From: Octopus sinensis
Taxonomy: Eukaryota
DNA: 64,000 bases
Assembly: GCF_006345805.1 (NCBI RefSeq)
Contig: NC_043009.1
Coordinates: 5,704,001-5,768,000 of the forward strand
Reading direction: 5' to 3'
Part shown: positions 41,443-54,418 of the stretch, in pieces
How positions within the stretch are numbered: position 1 is the first letter of the stretch
Layout: each line of letters starts with the position of its first letter
Position numbers and translations under genes: made by a program
Notes under the pieces: model-generated
What the model was told of the DNA's origin: nothing
Database searches by the model: none
The model's input: the letters and a program-made list of their open reading frames with translations, nothing else

Positions 41443-42994
41443 TTCATTTATTCTTCTCTTATATATTTTGATTGTTATTATTGCAATGGTTATTATTATC
41501 ATTGTTAATCTTATTCTTATTATCATTCACTGATATAAAAGAATACAATTATCTAGATTAGTAATTTCATAAACAATAAGATATTTAATTCACTGTATTG
41601 TTAGAGAATTCTACTGGTAAATAGCTAAAACTGGACTCTAGGATGCAAAATACGGCGGGATGATTCGGATATGTAGATTAATATTCAAACTTATAATAAT
41701 CTATACAACGTTAGTAATAACAATTTGGAAAAAGAGAATAATTCCGTAGTGATATTACTAATTTTGATAATGACAGGGAAAACGAAGAAGAGACTCGCAA
41801 ACAGCAGGCATATGCAAGTGCTGACAATCGTGAGCGCTACCTAGCATCTACGGATACTAGTAGTTTGGACGGATCCTCTAGAGAGAATCGGCACAATTTC
41901 GATGTCTTAACCTTGAAGGTTTTACAATGTGAGGCCCCGTATACGCATCACCTGACTGGTGTTCGTCACTGCTACTCTTATGGGAGAGTGAAGCTGGTTT
42001 GACTAAACATTCAGGCCTTATGCCTATACACCACTTCTCTAGTCGTGCATCCATATTCATTGGTTGGCTTTTTCAACTGTTGACTACATTTTTCTCAGAT
42101 GGCGTTATCTTCAGGATAACAGCTATCCAGTAAGTCTGTTTCAAATAGAACCTTTATAGAGGAAATAATAGAGGAAATTATCTATGATAGCATATTCTAT
42201 AAGCATAGCCCAAAACGTATCGCCGAGAGAATGGAGCATAACAAAATTGATCTATGTATGACAATAGCCAAGAAGTGGCACAGAAAGGATAAGAAATAAA
42301 CATCAACTGTTTTTTCTAGCAGGTCAAGCAAGTGTTGAATGATTCTAATGTGGCTCATGAATTAATGTAGATTAACCGGAGTCAGTAAGAAACAACTAAT
42401 TCCTATTTGGAACTATTCACGTTTTCTACGAAATTTTTGTAACTCTATATGCTCAAACGTTTAGATGAAAAATATTTATTAAAATATACAAGCACAAAGA
42501 TTTGCACAAACACGCACTTGCCCGTATATTCCTTATATTATGCGTATAAATAAAAAAAAATATGTAGATATATGTGTGCATTTGTACAAATATATACATG
42601 CATATATATATGTGTGCGCATGTGAGCTCTGGTATAGATATGTTTGTGAATATATAAGATGTAAAATATATGACGATAGGCATCGATTTCTTTCTGAATG
42701 ACCATTTTAATGGCTCCCATTAATGCTCTGAAAACATGCAATATATACATACATTGGAATATATTTCTTAAATTTATGATAAACGGTTAAATAAATTATT
42801 ATAGATAATCAATTTACATATTTTATTTAGTTGATGAAAACCTATTTATGTTAATGGTTCCTAGAATTTTATATCAGGATTTTTACATCGAGTGGATGGA
42901 TAGCCTTAACAATGACAATAAGGTTGCATCAATAAGTTTATAGCAATACATATCAATAACAATATACAGCAGCATCATTATGAGCAAGAAGCCA

Positions 42995-44175
42995 AACTAG
43001 AGGCAAGAAGTGGCCTTGGTCACTGTATTCACCACCTGGAGTTACACAGTCACAAACAACACAAAATCTTCACTCAGTCTCGCAATGATTGTGCTTGTTG
43101 ATTTAGCCACACGAGTATCCGATCTTGTAGCTTGTTTTCTATAATATTGCTAGAGAGAAGTACTTCTCCCCTTACCCTCAGATATCACTTTTCAAGAGAC
43201 CTAAAGACATTGATAAATGTTTGGCTCGATATTAAAAAGTGAATCGGTATAACTTTTAACTCTCCCACAAACTTTTTCGTCCACAAACATTTTCAATGAT
43301 ATGACAGTGTTTGTCTCTCTTACTAAATATGGCAATATCCGGCCGACGGTGTTCGATTACACGATCCGTCTGAAAATCATAATCCCAGAGTATCGTTGCT
43401 TTTCCATCCTCCTGCATCACTTCCCTTGGTACGTGTTCATAGCAGTTTTCTCTAACTTCACGTTGGTATTTACAGCATGAGAGCCAATGAAGATTCACAC
43501 AAACTTTATCGTGGCAGCGCTTGAATTCTTTTCATGCAAGGCTCTCACATCCACTTACCAAGTGGGTTACGTTTTCCACACACTTTCTACAGAGTCTGCA
43601 GTTCTGGGTGACAGAAATTTTATAGATGTTATACTTCACTGAATTGGCAGCGAGAGCCTGGTCTTGTGCAGCAATGATCATGCTTCAAATCACCTCGCTC
43701 AAGTCATGTCAACGATGATGTATTATCCTAAATGTCCTGTGTATTCCTTTCAAACTGTCCATACATTCTCATTCCAAACAGGTCTTCTTTTCTCTTCTCC
43801 TCAACTCTTTTATTAAAGTCTTCCGTCCCCATTATTTCATCTGCATCTACACCCATATCTTTCGCAGAATATTGCAGAAGGTGTCATCACATTTTATCAA
43901 ATACTCAGCAAGCGTACTCCTTTCACTCCTTATACAATGGCCTATACTAATAAGTCCTCTGCCATCATTCTTTCGTTTCATATACATTCTGTTTACGTTT
44001 GCTTTAGGGTGTAGCGCACCATGCAGCGCCATCAACTTTCTCCTACATCTATCCAGTGTTGACGTTTCCTCCTTAATCCATCTGAGGATGGACGCACGAT
44101 ATCTGACCACCACAACCACCCAGATATTCATTGTGGAAATCAAATGTTTGGCATTCAGGTTGGATTCCAACACCA
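42995..44175 (-). mobile_element. Decayed R4/Dong-like retrotransposon, 3' part
   Basis: RYRASILRW...LHPKANVNRMYMKRKNDGRGLISI (RT thumb); RLCRKCVENVTHLVSGC (CCHC knuckle); TILWDYDFQTDRVIEHRRPDIAIFSKRDKHCHIIE (REL endonuclease PD..D motif). Confidence 0.9.
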
Positions 44176-44252
44176 TATATATATATATATATATATATAT
44201 GCATGTACGTATATAGATAGGTATACATATATATGTCTCTCTCCGTATGTAC

Positions 44253-44296
<44 letters not shown>

Positions 44297-44393
44297 CGGG
44301 AAGCTTTATGAAATAAAACAAAAGACGAAGGCAGGTGGAAGACAAACGAACAATTGTATTAGTATGGCGCTCAGGAAATATAAATAAAACAAG

Positions 44394-44431
44394 TCTTTAA
44401 CGTTTCGAGCCTACGCTCTTCAACAGAAAGA
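44394..44431 (-). ncRNA. Minimal type-I hammerhead-like motif (variant core)
   Basis: ucuuu-CUGUUGA-a-GAGC guag GCUC-GAAAC-GUU-aaaga: stem I ucuuu/aaaga, stem II 4 bp, palindromic AACGUU stem III. A6 is replaced by U. Confidence 0.6.
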
Positions 44432-45525
44432 TACACACAGAGAGAAAACACAGAAAGAAGGAGAGAAAAAAAATGCGTGCAGTAGCTAACGAATCAACAT
44501 GGCGATTGATTTCGCCAGAGGTCAAAGATCAAACATGAGACGCGAGAGCGAAATAAGGGGAGATAATAGGGTTGATAAAAGGGTTGAGTGACCAGCTAAA
44601 GTGCGTGGGAGGGGTCTGGATGTGGTATGTATAGGGTTGGTGTATGTATTAGTATGTATACGGGGTGTGTGTGTGTGTGTGTGTGTGTATGAGAGAGTAT
44701 TAGTGCGTAAGATTGGTCTGGACGTGCGTATGTATGGGGTTGGTGTATGTATAGTATGTATTATTAGTATGTATTAGTACGTATGGTATGTATAGGTGTG
44801 TGGTGTGTGTGTGTGAGAGTGTAAGTGCGTATGCGGGGTCTGGACGTGTGTATGTATAGGGTTGGTGTAAGTATTAGTATGTACTAGTATGTATTAGTAC
44901 GTATTAGTATGTATTAGTTGGTGTGTGTATTAGTATGGCACATCATATGTGATGTGATGTGTAAAGTCATGTGGTGTAGTGAGGAGAGTAGGGGGAGAGA
45001 GGGGGAGGGGAGAAGAGGGGGGAGAGAAGGGGAGGGGGCGAAGAAGAGGGGGAGGAGAAGGGGGGGAAGAGGAGACGATGGGGGAGAAGGAAGGTGAGGA
45101 GGGGGATGAAGGAGGAAAGAGGGAGAGGGGGAGAGAGGGAGTGAGGGAGCAGAGGGAAGGGGAAGAGGGAGGGAGAAAGAGGGAAGAAGGGAAGGGGAGT
45201 AGGGGTGAAAGGATGAAGGACTGAAGAAGTAGGGGTCGGGGAGAAAGGATAGGTGAGGAGGGGGAGAGGGGGGTAGATGAGGAGGGGGGGGAGAGTTGAG
45301 ACCAAATGGCGTATAAGAGCGAAGAGAGAAGATAATTCCTGTTCACGGCGCAAACGGGAATCCGGATGGCCTCTGTGTAAGGACAACCGAACACAGATAG
45401 GTGTTGCAAGGAATATATATATATATATTCCAAACAAGAAAGCACAAAAAAAAAAACACAACAACGCGAGGACGTGGAACAAATATAGTATTATTGGAGG
45501 CTCAGGAAAGAAGGAAAGAAGGAGG

Positions 45526-45561
45526 GTTTAACGTTTCGAGCGCGAGCTCTTCGTCGGAAAC
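45526..45561 (-). ncRNA. Minimal type-I hammerhead-like motif
   Basis: guuu-CCGACGA-a-GAGC ucgc GCUC-GAAAC-GUU-aaac: stem I guuu/aaac. U4 is replaced by C. Confidence 0.6.
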
Positions 45562-45911
45562 ATAGCGATAATTAACGCTATGGGCTCCGTGTGGGCAGTC
45601 ATCTAAAAGTTTTTGTTCATCTGATGCTGACATAAGTTCCTTGATGAGAAGGCGGCATAATGCACCCCTTTTCCTTCGAAATTAGGAATATGCAGCTTCG
45701 AAAATATATGTCGAGAATAAAGGAATTTTGTTAATTCGTCGTTCAACTCCATCTTTCATTTATTGTATTATTAAAACACACACAAATTTCCACACGAAAG
45801 CACGTGATATCTGCCCTTGGCATGTAGCTTCAACCGTGTTTTCTGACGTGAATTGCTACCCAGGTATCAGTTAACCGAATTATCCATAAATAAGATAATT
45901 CAACTACTCAA

Positions 45912-45943
<32 letters not shown>

Positions 45944-45991
45944 CACATATATATATATTATATTATATTATATATATATATATATATATAT

Positions 45992-46396
45992 GCGCAGGAG
46001 AGGCTGTGCGGAAGTAGATGTCTTACCAACGCCATGGTTCCGGGTTTAGTCCCACTGCACCTTGGGCAAGCGTCTTCTGCTATAGCCTCGAGCCGATCAA
46101 AGCATTGTGAGTGGATTTGTTAGCTGGAAACTGAAGGAAGCCCGTCGTATGTATATATGTATGTGTTTGTTTGTGTGTTGTTTGTGTTTGTGTGTCGTGT
46201 TTGCCCCACCCCACAACATTACTTGACAACCGACGATGGTGAGTTTACGTCCCCGTAACTTAGCTGTTCTGCTAAATAAACCTATAGAATGAGTACTAGA
46301 ATAAGTACTAGGCTTACAAGTCCCGTAGGTCGATTTGCTCGACTAAAGGTGGTGTTCCAGCATGGGCGCAGTCAAATGACTGAAACAAGTAAAAGA
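45992..46396 (+). mobile_element. OK-like SINE, full length
   Basis: Matches the 2717 and 39399 copies. Confidence 0.9.
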
Positions 46397-46404
46397 ACCA
46401 GAGA

Positions 46405-46474
<70 letters not shown>

Positions 46475-46542
46475 CAAAGACAGACAGATAGAAACCAGAC
46501 AGACAGACAGTTAGGCATGCATATATTATATATTATATATAT

Positions 46543-46574
<32 letters not shown>

Positions 46575-46639
46575 AATTTGTATATATATACACACCAGAA
46601 ACACAAACACAAACACACAGATGTTCATTGTTAGTTAAC

Positions 46640-47600
46640 GTAGAATGCAGTTGTTCACGTAATCCTATCTCTTGCAGTACTCTGCAACTCCGGAGACACT
46701 ATTGACCACTGCAGTTCCTTCTGACATTTTAAACGGGCGAAAGCGCACATTGTATCCCTTTAGTGGCGGAGGCAGTGTAAAAACATGTGTTTGCTATTTT
46801 GGTAGATCTGTTAGTGAGGTTATTCTTGGGCCAAAAATCCCCCACTTCTGCTATTGTTATAATCGTTTTGGAGTCGAACTCTTGGTTTTGTTCCAAGAAC
46901 CGTTGGAATTTCTGATACCGACATACTCTTTGTGCTTCGGCGAGTATATCTTGCTTTAGCTGTTCTGTAATTTTGTATTTCCGTAGTATTTTTCTTCTCT
47001 TCTTGTTACTTAGTAATTTTGTTTACCTACTGGTTTCATTAAAGGTTGACAGATTCTTTCTTCTATTTTCTATTCTTTTCCCACGGACACACTTTAGATT
47101 GTGATACTTCTGTTTGGATGGGTTTGAGGGGTATCCAGCTTCTTTAATGGCCACAAATGCTACTGCACATATTACACCATTTAACCTGGTCATACTTATA
47201 TTTCTTGCTATTAGTTCCGTGATGGCCAGATTTATGTTACTTATTATTGTTGCTGTCTTATTCTCAACCTTAATTTGCGGATGGTACAATCGGTGACACA
47301 TACTGAGATATGTGGCTTTTGACTCTTTGATTATTTTCATCTTTAGAGTATCATAATCATGATTTTTGCCTTAATTGTTTCTAAGTTTAAGATTTGCACC
47401 GCATTTCTTCCTGACAATACTTTTGTCTGTGGTGCATTTGCACATCATTATGCATTCCTACGGTTTGAGTTTTCTATGCTTCGTTCTTTCGATTTCGTTG
47501 CATATATTAAGTCTACATTTTATGCTATCATTTGGCCCTGTTGTATGGTCACTATCTAAGTTTGCCTAATGTATCTTTTCTGTTGAATGCTTTATTTCAA
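46640..47600 (-). mobile_element. Probable decayed R4/Dong/NeSL-like retrotransposon N-terminal region
   Basis: INLAITELIARNISMTRLNGVICAVAFVAIKEAG...KRIENRRKNLSTFNE resembles the N-terminal ORF region of R4-type elements. It abuts an (ATT)n array. No catalytic motif seen. Confidence 0.5.
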
Positions 47601-47639
47601 ATTCTGATATATTTTATTCTTATAATATATCATTGTAAT

Positions 47640-48600
<961 letters not shown>

Positions 48601-48607
48601 CAATAAC

Positions 48608-48705
<98 letters not shown>

Positions 48706-50555
48706 TAATAATAATAATAATAATAACAACAACAAAAGCATCAATAATAATGATAGTAATCAGATTGATATTCTTAATCATATTACAAATGATGGCTGGT
48801 AAATTGATACTAATTTAACTATGGAAACACGATAGTCTAGTTTATGGTGGTGATACTGGAATAGAAAATAATCAACCATGCTATGGATGACGAATCCAGT
48901 GGTAGGGGGCTATTCACAAGGATCCAGGAGGCAGGACGGTCCCTGCAAAAATGCACTGCGCACAATATTCGTTAATAATATTTATACGAAATGTATTCAT
49001 GCTATTTATTTATGGTGTAAGATGACGCAAAGTGAAATAAACGAAATGAATGTGAGACGTTCAAAGTAGACACAGATAAACTTAAATGAAAGTGAGATTG
49101 ATGCTGTAATGCAGGATAGTGGACTTTATAGAAGCAATAAACCATATTGAAGGCAGAACAAATGGAAGAGAAAGAAGGACCCATAGGGTGACCCCCCCTC
49201 AACTGACGTAATATAGACAGATCTTTGGGCCACTTTTCCAAGAATCCCCGATAGAGGGAAGGTGGGTCAAAAGCCTAGCATTGGTAGTCGTATGATGTAT
49301 GAGAGCTCACTATCAATGAAAAAACTGTGTTTCAATGCAGAAAAATTTTGATAGATTGTTTCTACTTGGAGCAAGTTCAACCTAGGTTAAATTTGGTATC
49401 GATCACTGCAGAAATTTCGTTGCGAACGAATAACAGGATTCTACAGATACCTATTAAGTACTGATAGTTCTATAATCGACTATATTCTTCCAAGAACATT
49501 TCTTTCATTGTGTATACATTAGTCTTCACTCTTAATATTTTCGATTTCCGAAATCAATGGCATATCAGAGATCAATAATACTGCTATCGAAAAACGATCT
49601 ATATTTGATTTTAAAAATGAGTATTCGATACCCGAAAACATTAAAAAGAATGATACACCATACTTATATGAAATACAATCGTAAAAGCAAGATATTTAAT
49701 ATATCACTTTTCTGATTAGAAAACAACTTCTATACGTTTTCAATTTACGCTTCCCACCATATTGGAATTTACAAGTAAGCAAATAAATTCGTTGTTTGAA
49801 ACAAGTTTCCTATCATATAAATGCTTTCTTTTACATCGTATGTATTCGCTATAACATTGTTCGATATGTTTACAATAGACGAATCTTTCTATATATTTTA
49901 TTCCTGATCAAGCATAAGTTTTCCTCTCTTGGTCTTTCTTAGCTTTCTTCTAATCTCAGCAAATTCCAGGGCAGCAAGGGTTAAGTGCTATGCAAAGTGA
50001 TGCTGGGAAAAATAAAGCAACACATCACAGCCTGTGAGATTCCAATATGCTAACATATATGTCGGCGTACTCGTATATGTAAATGCATATACACACATAT
50101 ACATGTATGTATAATCACGTGTAAACGCTCACATATACATGCATTCGAGCATCGTTTTGTGAAATGCGTATAGAAACATGTACAATATTCTATACAGTTG
50201 TACATCCAACCAATGGCCTTTAGAGAGGCAAAGATATGCGTTACCATCATCTGACACACTCGAAGTGCATACAATGTGAACACAATAAACTCTGTATGTA
50301 TACATACATATATACATGCATGTATGTGTCTATCTAACTACCTATCTGCCTGACTCTGTTTCTATCTTTCTATTTATCTTGCTTTGATTATGTGCTTTAA
50401 TATATACAACACACTCACATATATACGTATATTTATGGCAAAATGCATAGATACATATGCATACGAATGTTAAATATATGTATATATATATGTCTACATA
50501 CACATATATGATATATATACATACAGTGAGATATACATTCATACATATATGCGTG

Positions 50556-50627
<72 letters not shown>

Positions 50628-51306
50628 CGTTTATGTATATATATATGTATATATATATATATGTGTGTGAACATATTAATTGTCTTGTCCTGCGTATAAA
50701 AGCATTTTAACAGGAAATTTCTCTCTTCTACTTCCCATAGAATTACTGAAAGTGCTGTCATATAGACTCAATAGAAAATAAATAACATATGCGATAATAA
50801 TTCGGATGTTTTGGATTGAAATATCAGAAGCCTTAGAAATGTATCTTAGAATTGTATACTTAACAGTGGAATGATATTGTGCTGCAGCCGTTAAAGTGTA
50901 TTCTAAATGGAACGAATTAACAATGCCCAGACAAACTTGTCATATGAATACAGACAAGTGCTTCTCATCTTAACTTTTCTATAAACACATTCTAAACGAA
51001 TAATATTCTGTATACGATCTTTGTTGAACTAAGGGTAGGAATTGATGAGGAAATGTGAAACTTTTAAGCGTACATTCCCTTCCTCAATTCTTTTCATTCT
51101 TGTTTGACATCAAGTGATAGTTGGTAAAAAGTTCTATGAATTATGATTTTCCTCAAAGTAGATTTTTAACGTCGTTTACCGATAAATTAAAGAAACATCT
51201 CGGATAAAATACTAAGTAACAAAAATGAACTTTGATGAATTATTAATACGCCATCAACGAACATGTAGGTTATCAATTTACTGTGGAGTAGAATTCAATT
51301 TTATTA

Positions 51307-51373
<67 letters not shown>

Positions 51374-51639
51374 CTATTATTATTAATTGCATATTCAATA
51401 GTTTTTCGTGGAAGTCTTTTACAATGACTTGAAGGGTATATTGATACATTATACATAGTTATCAAGTATTTCTAACTTTAAATTTAATCGATATATTACA
51501 TTTGGATATAAATATATATATATATTATATATATATATATTAATATATTATAGTATGTAGGTCCCGGGTTGATCGGGGTAACCACAGTAAATAAGGTACT
51601 CAATGCATAGCAGAGTAAAATTAATTTATTTATAGAAGG

Positions 51640-51690
51640 AGCTTCTACAGGACTAGAACTGTTTCATTCAAGAGAAATCTTCAGGAAGCT
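51640..51690 (-). ncRNA. Type-I hammerhead ribozyme motif in the left pLTR arm
   Basis: agcuuc-CUGAAGA-u uuc ucuu gaa u-GAAA-cag uucuaguc cug-UA-gaagcu: intact core, 6-bp stem I, stem III, GUA cleavage triplet, weak stem II. Confidence 0.75.
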
Positions 51691-51914
51691 AGTTAACAAG
51701 AATTGTATTGGCATTTATACATTAAGGCAGGTTTAAAGGGGTGTTGGTGGGGGACTTTTTTGGGGTAGGCATAGCGCAAAAAATCATACTTGGGGGAGTG
51801 GTCAAGGAGTCAGTGTTAAATTAGATAGAAGAATAAATAAAAAAAAATATATATATATATATATATAAAAAGGGGAATAGAGTTTTAGGTAAATAAGGAG
51901 ATTCTCACTTATAC

Positions 51915-52269
51915 CTATGCACATATGTATACATATATACACACGCATACAAACCTATATACATATACATACACACATACATACACACACATATATATAC
52001 ATATATATACACTTACACATACATATACATATCTACACATACACATATATGTATATATACACACACTCACATGCATACACGTATACACACATGTATTATA
52101 CACACACGACCACACATACATATACACACAGAAAAATATATATACACATACACAAACATACTCACATACACGCATACACACACAAATCCCCACACACACA
52201 TGCACACACAGCACACTAGTCCCTATATACACATATATACACATACACACATTATACACACGCATACAT

Positions 52270-52316
<47 letters not shown>

Positions 52317-53230
52317 ATACATATGTGTACCTATGCATACCTAACATACACACATATATATATACACATACAAATACAGACCCATTCCCTAATTTTATTT
52401 TATTATCTTCGTTTATTACTTTTGTTATCTTTGCCGCTTGGTCACAAACATCTTGGCTATGACAGCCAGTCCATTTATCTGTCTACTGGAAAACAAGCAA
52501 TCATTCACTCACGCACACTCTTTAGCACGTACACTCACTCATTCGTACACTCATACACATACACGCACGCACGCGTTATATTCATACATACATACATCAA
52601 CATACTTTCACGTATATACACATACGTACGCGTACCTACAGATTCATGTCTACACTCTTAGAGGCTGTCTATACATATACACCAATAATATAAATACACA
52701 CACATACACGTACACCTACATACAAATACATACATGTATATATATAATACATAATATATATATATATTCACATATATATACACATATATATATACATACA
52801 TACATACATACATACATACATACACATATATCACACATACACACATATACATAATATACACACATACACAACATACATATACACACATACACATACATAC
52901 GTATTATACATACATACTTTACATCCATACATCCATACATACATACATTTATACACATACACACACCCACATACATATATATACGCGCATATATATATAT
53001 ATATTATATATATATATAATATATATATTCATACACACACATACATATACATACATACATATAAATATACGCACACAATACATACATACTCATATACACA
53101 TACACGCACATACACATGTACATGCGTACCCAGACACACACACACACACGCGCGCATCCATATATACACATAAGTACACACATGCGTAAAATTATCATAT
53201 ATCTATGCTTACACATACACACACACACAC
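51915..53230. repeat. About 1.3-kb degenerate (CA)/(TA)/(TACA) tract
   Basis: Direct. Source of the HIYT- and VCMY-type ORFs. Confidence 0.9.
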
Positions 53231-53564
53231 GCGCCTCCTTATATTCATACTTACATGCATACTCAAAATAAGTAAATAGTAAAAAATATATACGCGCAGT
53301 TATTCATACATGCATACTCAAAAAATAAATAATAAATATTAAGTATATGTACGTGCATATTTTACCTAAAACTCTATTCCCCTTTTTTTATATATATATA
53401 TATTTTTTTTTTATTTATTTATTCTTCTATCTAATTTAACACTGACTCCTTGACCACTCCCCCAAGTATGATATTTTGCGCTATGCCTACCCCAAAAAAG
53501 TCCCCCACCAACACCCCTTTAAACCTGCCTAAATGTATAAATGCCAATACAATTCTTGTTAACT

Positions 53565-53614
53565 AGCTTCCTGAAGATTTCTCTTGAATGAAACATTCTA
53601 GTCTTGTAGAAGCT
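53565..53614 (+). ncRNA. Type-I hammerhead ribozyme motif in the right pLTR arm
   Basis: agcttc-CTGAAGA-tttctcttgaat-GAAA-ca ttctagtct tg-TA-gaagct. Stem III is one pair shorter than in the left copy. Confidence 0.7.
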
Positions 53615-53635
53615 CCTTCTATATAATAAATATAT

Positions 53636-53686
<51 letters not shown>

Positions 53687-53688
53687 TA

Positions 53689-53745
<57 letters not shown>

Positions 53746-53754
53746 ATATATATA

Positions 53755-54160
53755 GGTGTAGAGTGGTGGTTGGTGGTACGTAGCTTCCTTACCAACTGTA
53801 TGGTTCGGTTTCAGTCCCACTGCGTGGCACCTTGGGCAAATGTCTTCTACTACAGCCTCGGGCCGACCAAAGCCTTGTGAGTGGATTGGTAGACGGAAAG
53901 AGAAAGAAGCCCGTCGTATATATGTATTTATATATGTATGTGTGTGTATATGTTTGTGTGTCTGCTTGTCCCCACAACATTGCTTGACAACCGATGGTGG
54001 TGTTTACGTTCGCCTAACCTAACAGCTCGGCAAAAGACACCGATAAAATAAGTACTAGACTTACAAAGCATAAGTCTTGGGGTCGATTTGCTCGACCAAA
54101 GGCGGTGTTCCAGCATGGCTGCAGTCAAATAACTTAAGAAATGAAAGAATAAAAGAATAA
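53755..54160 (+). mobile_element. OK-like SINE, full length
   Basis: Matches the other OK-like copies and follows a (TA)n tract. Confidence 0.88.
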
Positions 54161-54376
54161 AACTGTCTCGAACAATGCACATGGGAAAGGACAAGTTTAT
54201 GTATGAAATATGTTCAATGCTGTAAAATATATTATAGAATATATTAATTGTACTTTACTATATTTAACTATCTTTTATAGAAACTACGTTAAGCATATAT
54301 ATTGCTTACAGATTTATATATCTTCAATAGTTCATGTATATACATTTATACACATGTGCGTGTGTGTGTTTGGGTG

Positions 54377-54418
<42 letters not shown>

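Larger units (their letters stand above)
44290..45570 (-). mobile_element. Penelope-like element remnants: two pLTR pieces with hammerhead-like motifs flanking a GIY-YIG C-terminal fragment
   Basis: Minus strand 45410-45300 encodes GHPDSRLRREQE and, in another frame, IIFSLRSYTPFGLNS (PLE endonuclease end, PxGLN). Hammerhead-like motifs at 45526-45561 and 44394-44431. Confidence 0.7.
51631..53623. mobile_element. Non-autonomous Penelope-like element: inverted ~263-bp arms around a CA/TA-rich body
   Basis: 51631-51893 is the near-perfect reverse complement of 53361-53623. Both arms carry the hammerhead motif. Confidence 0.7.
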
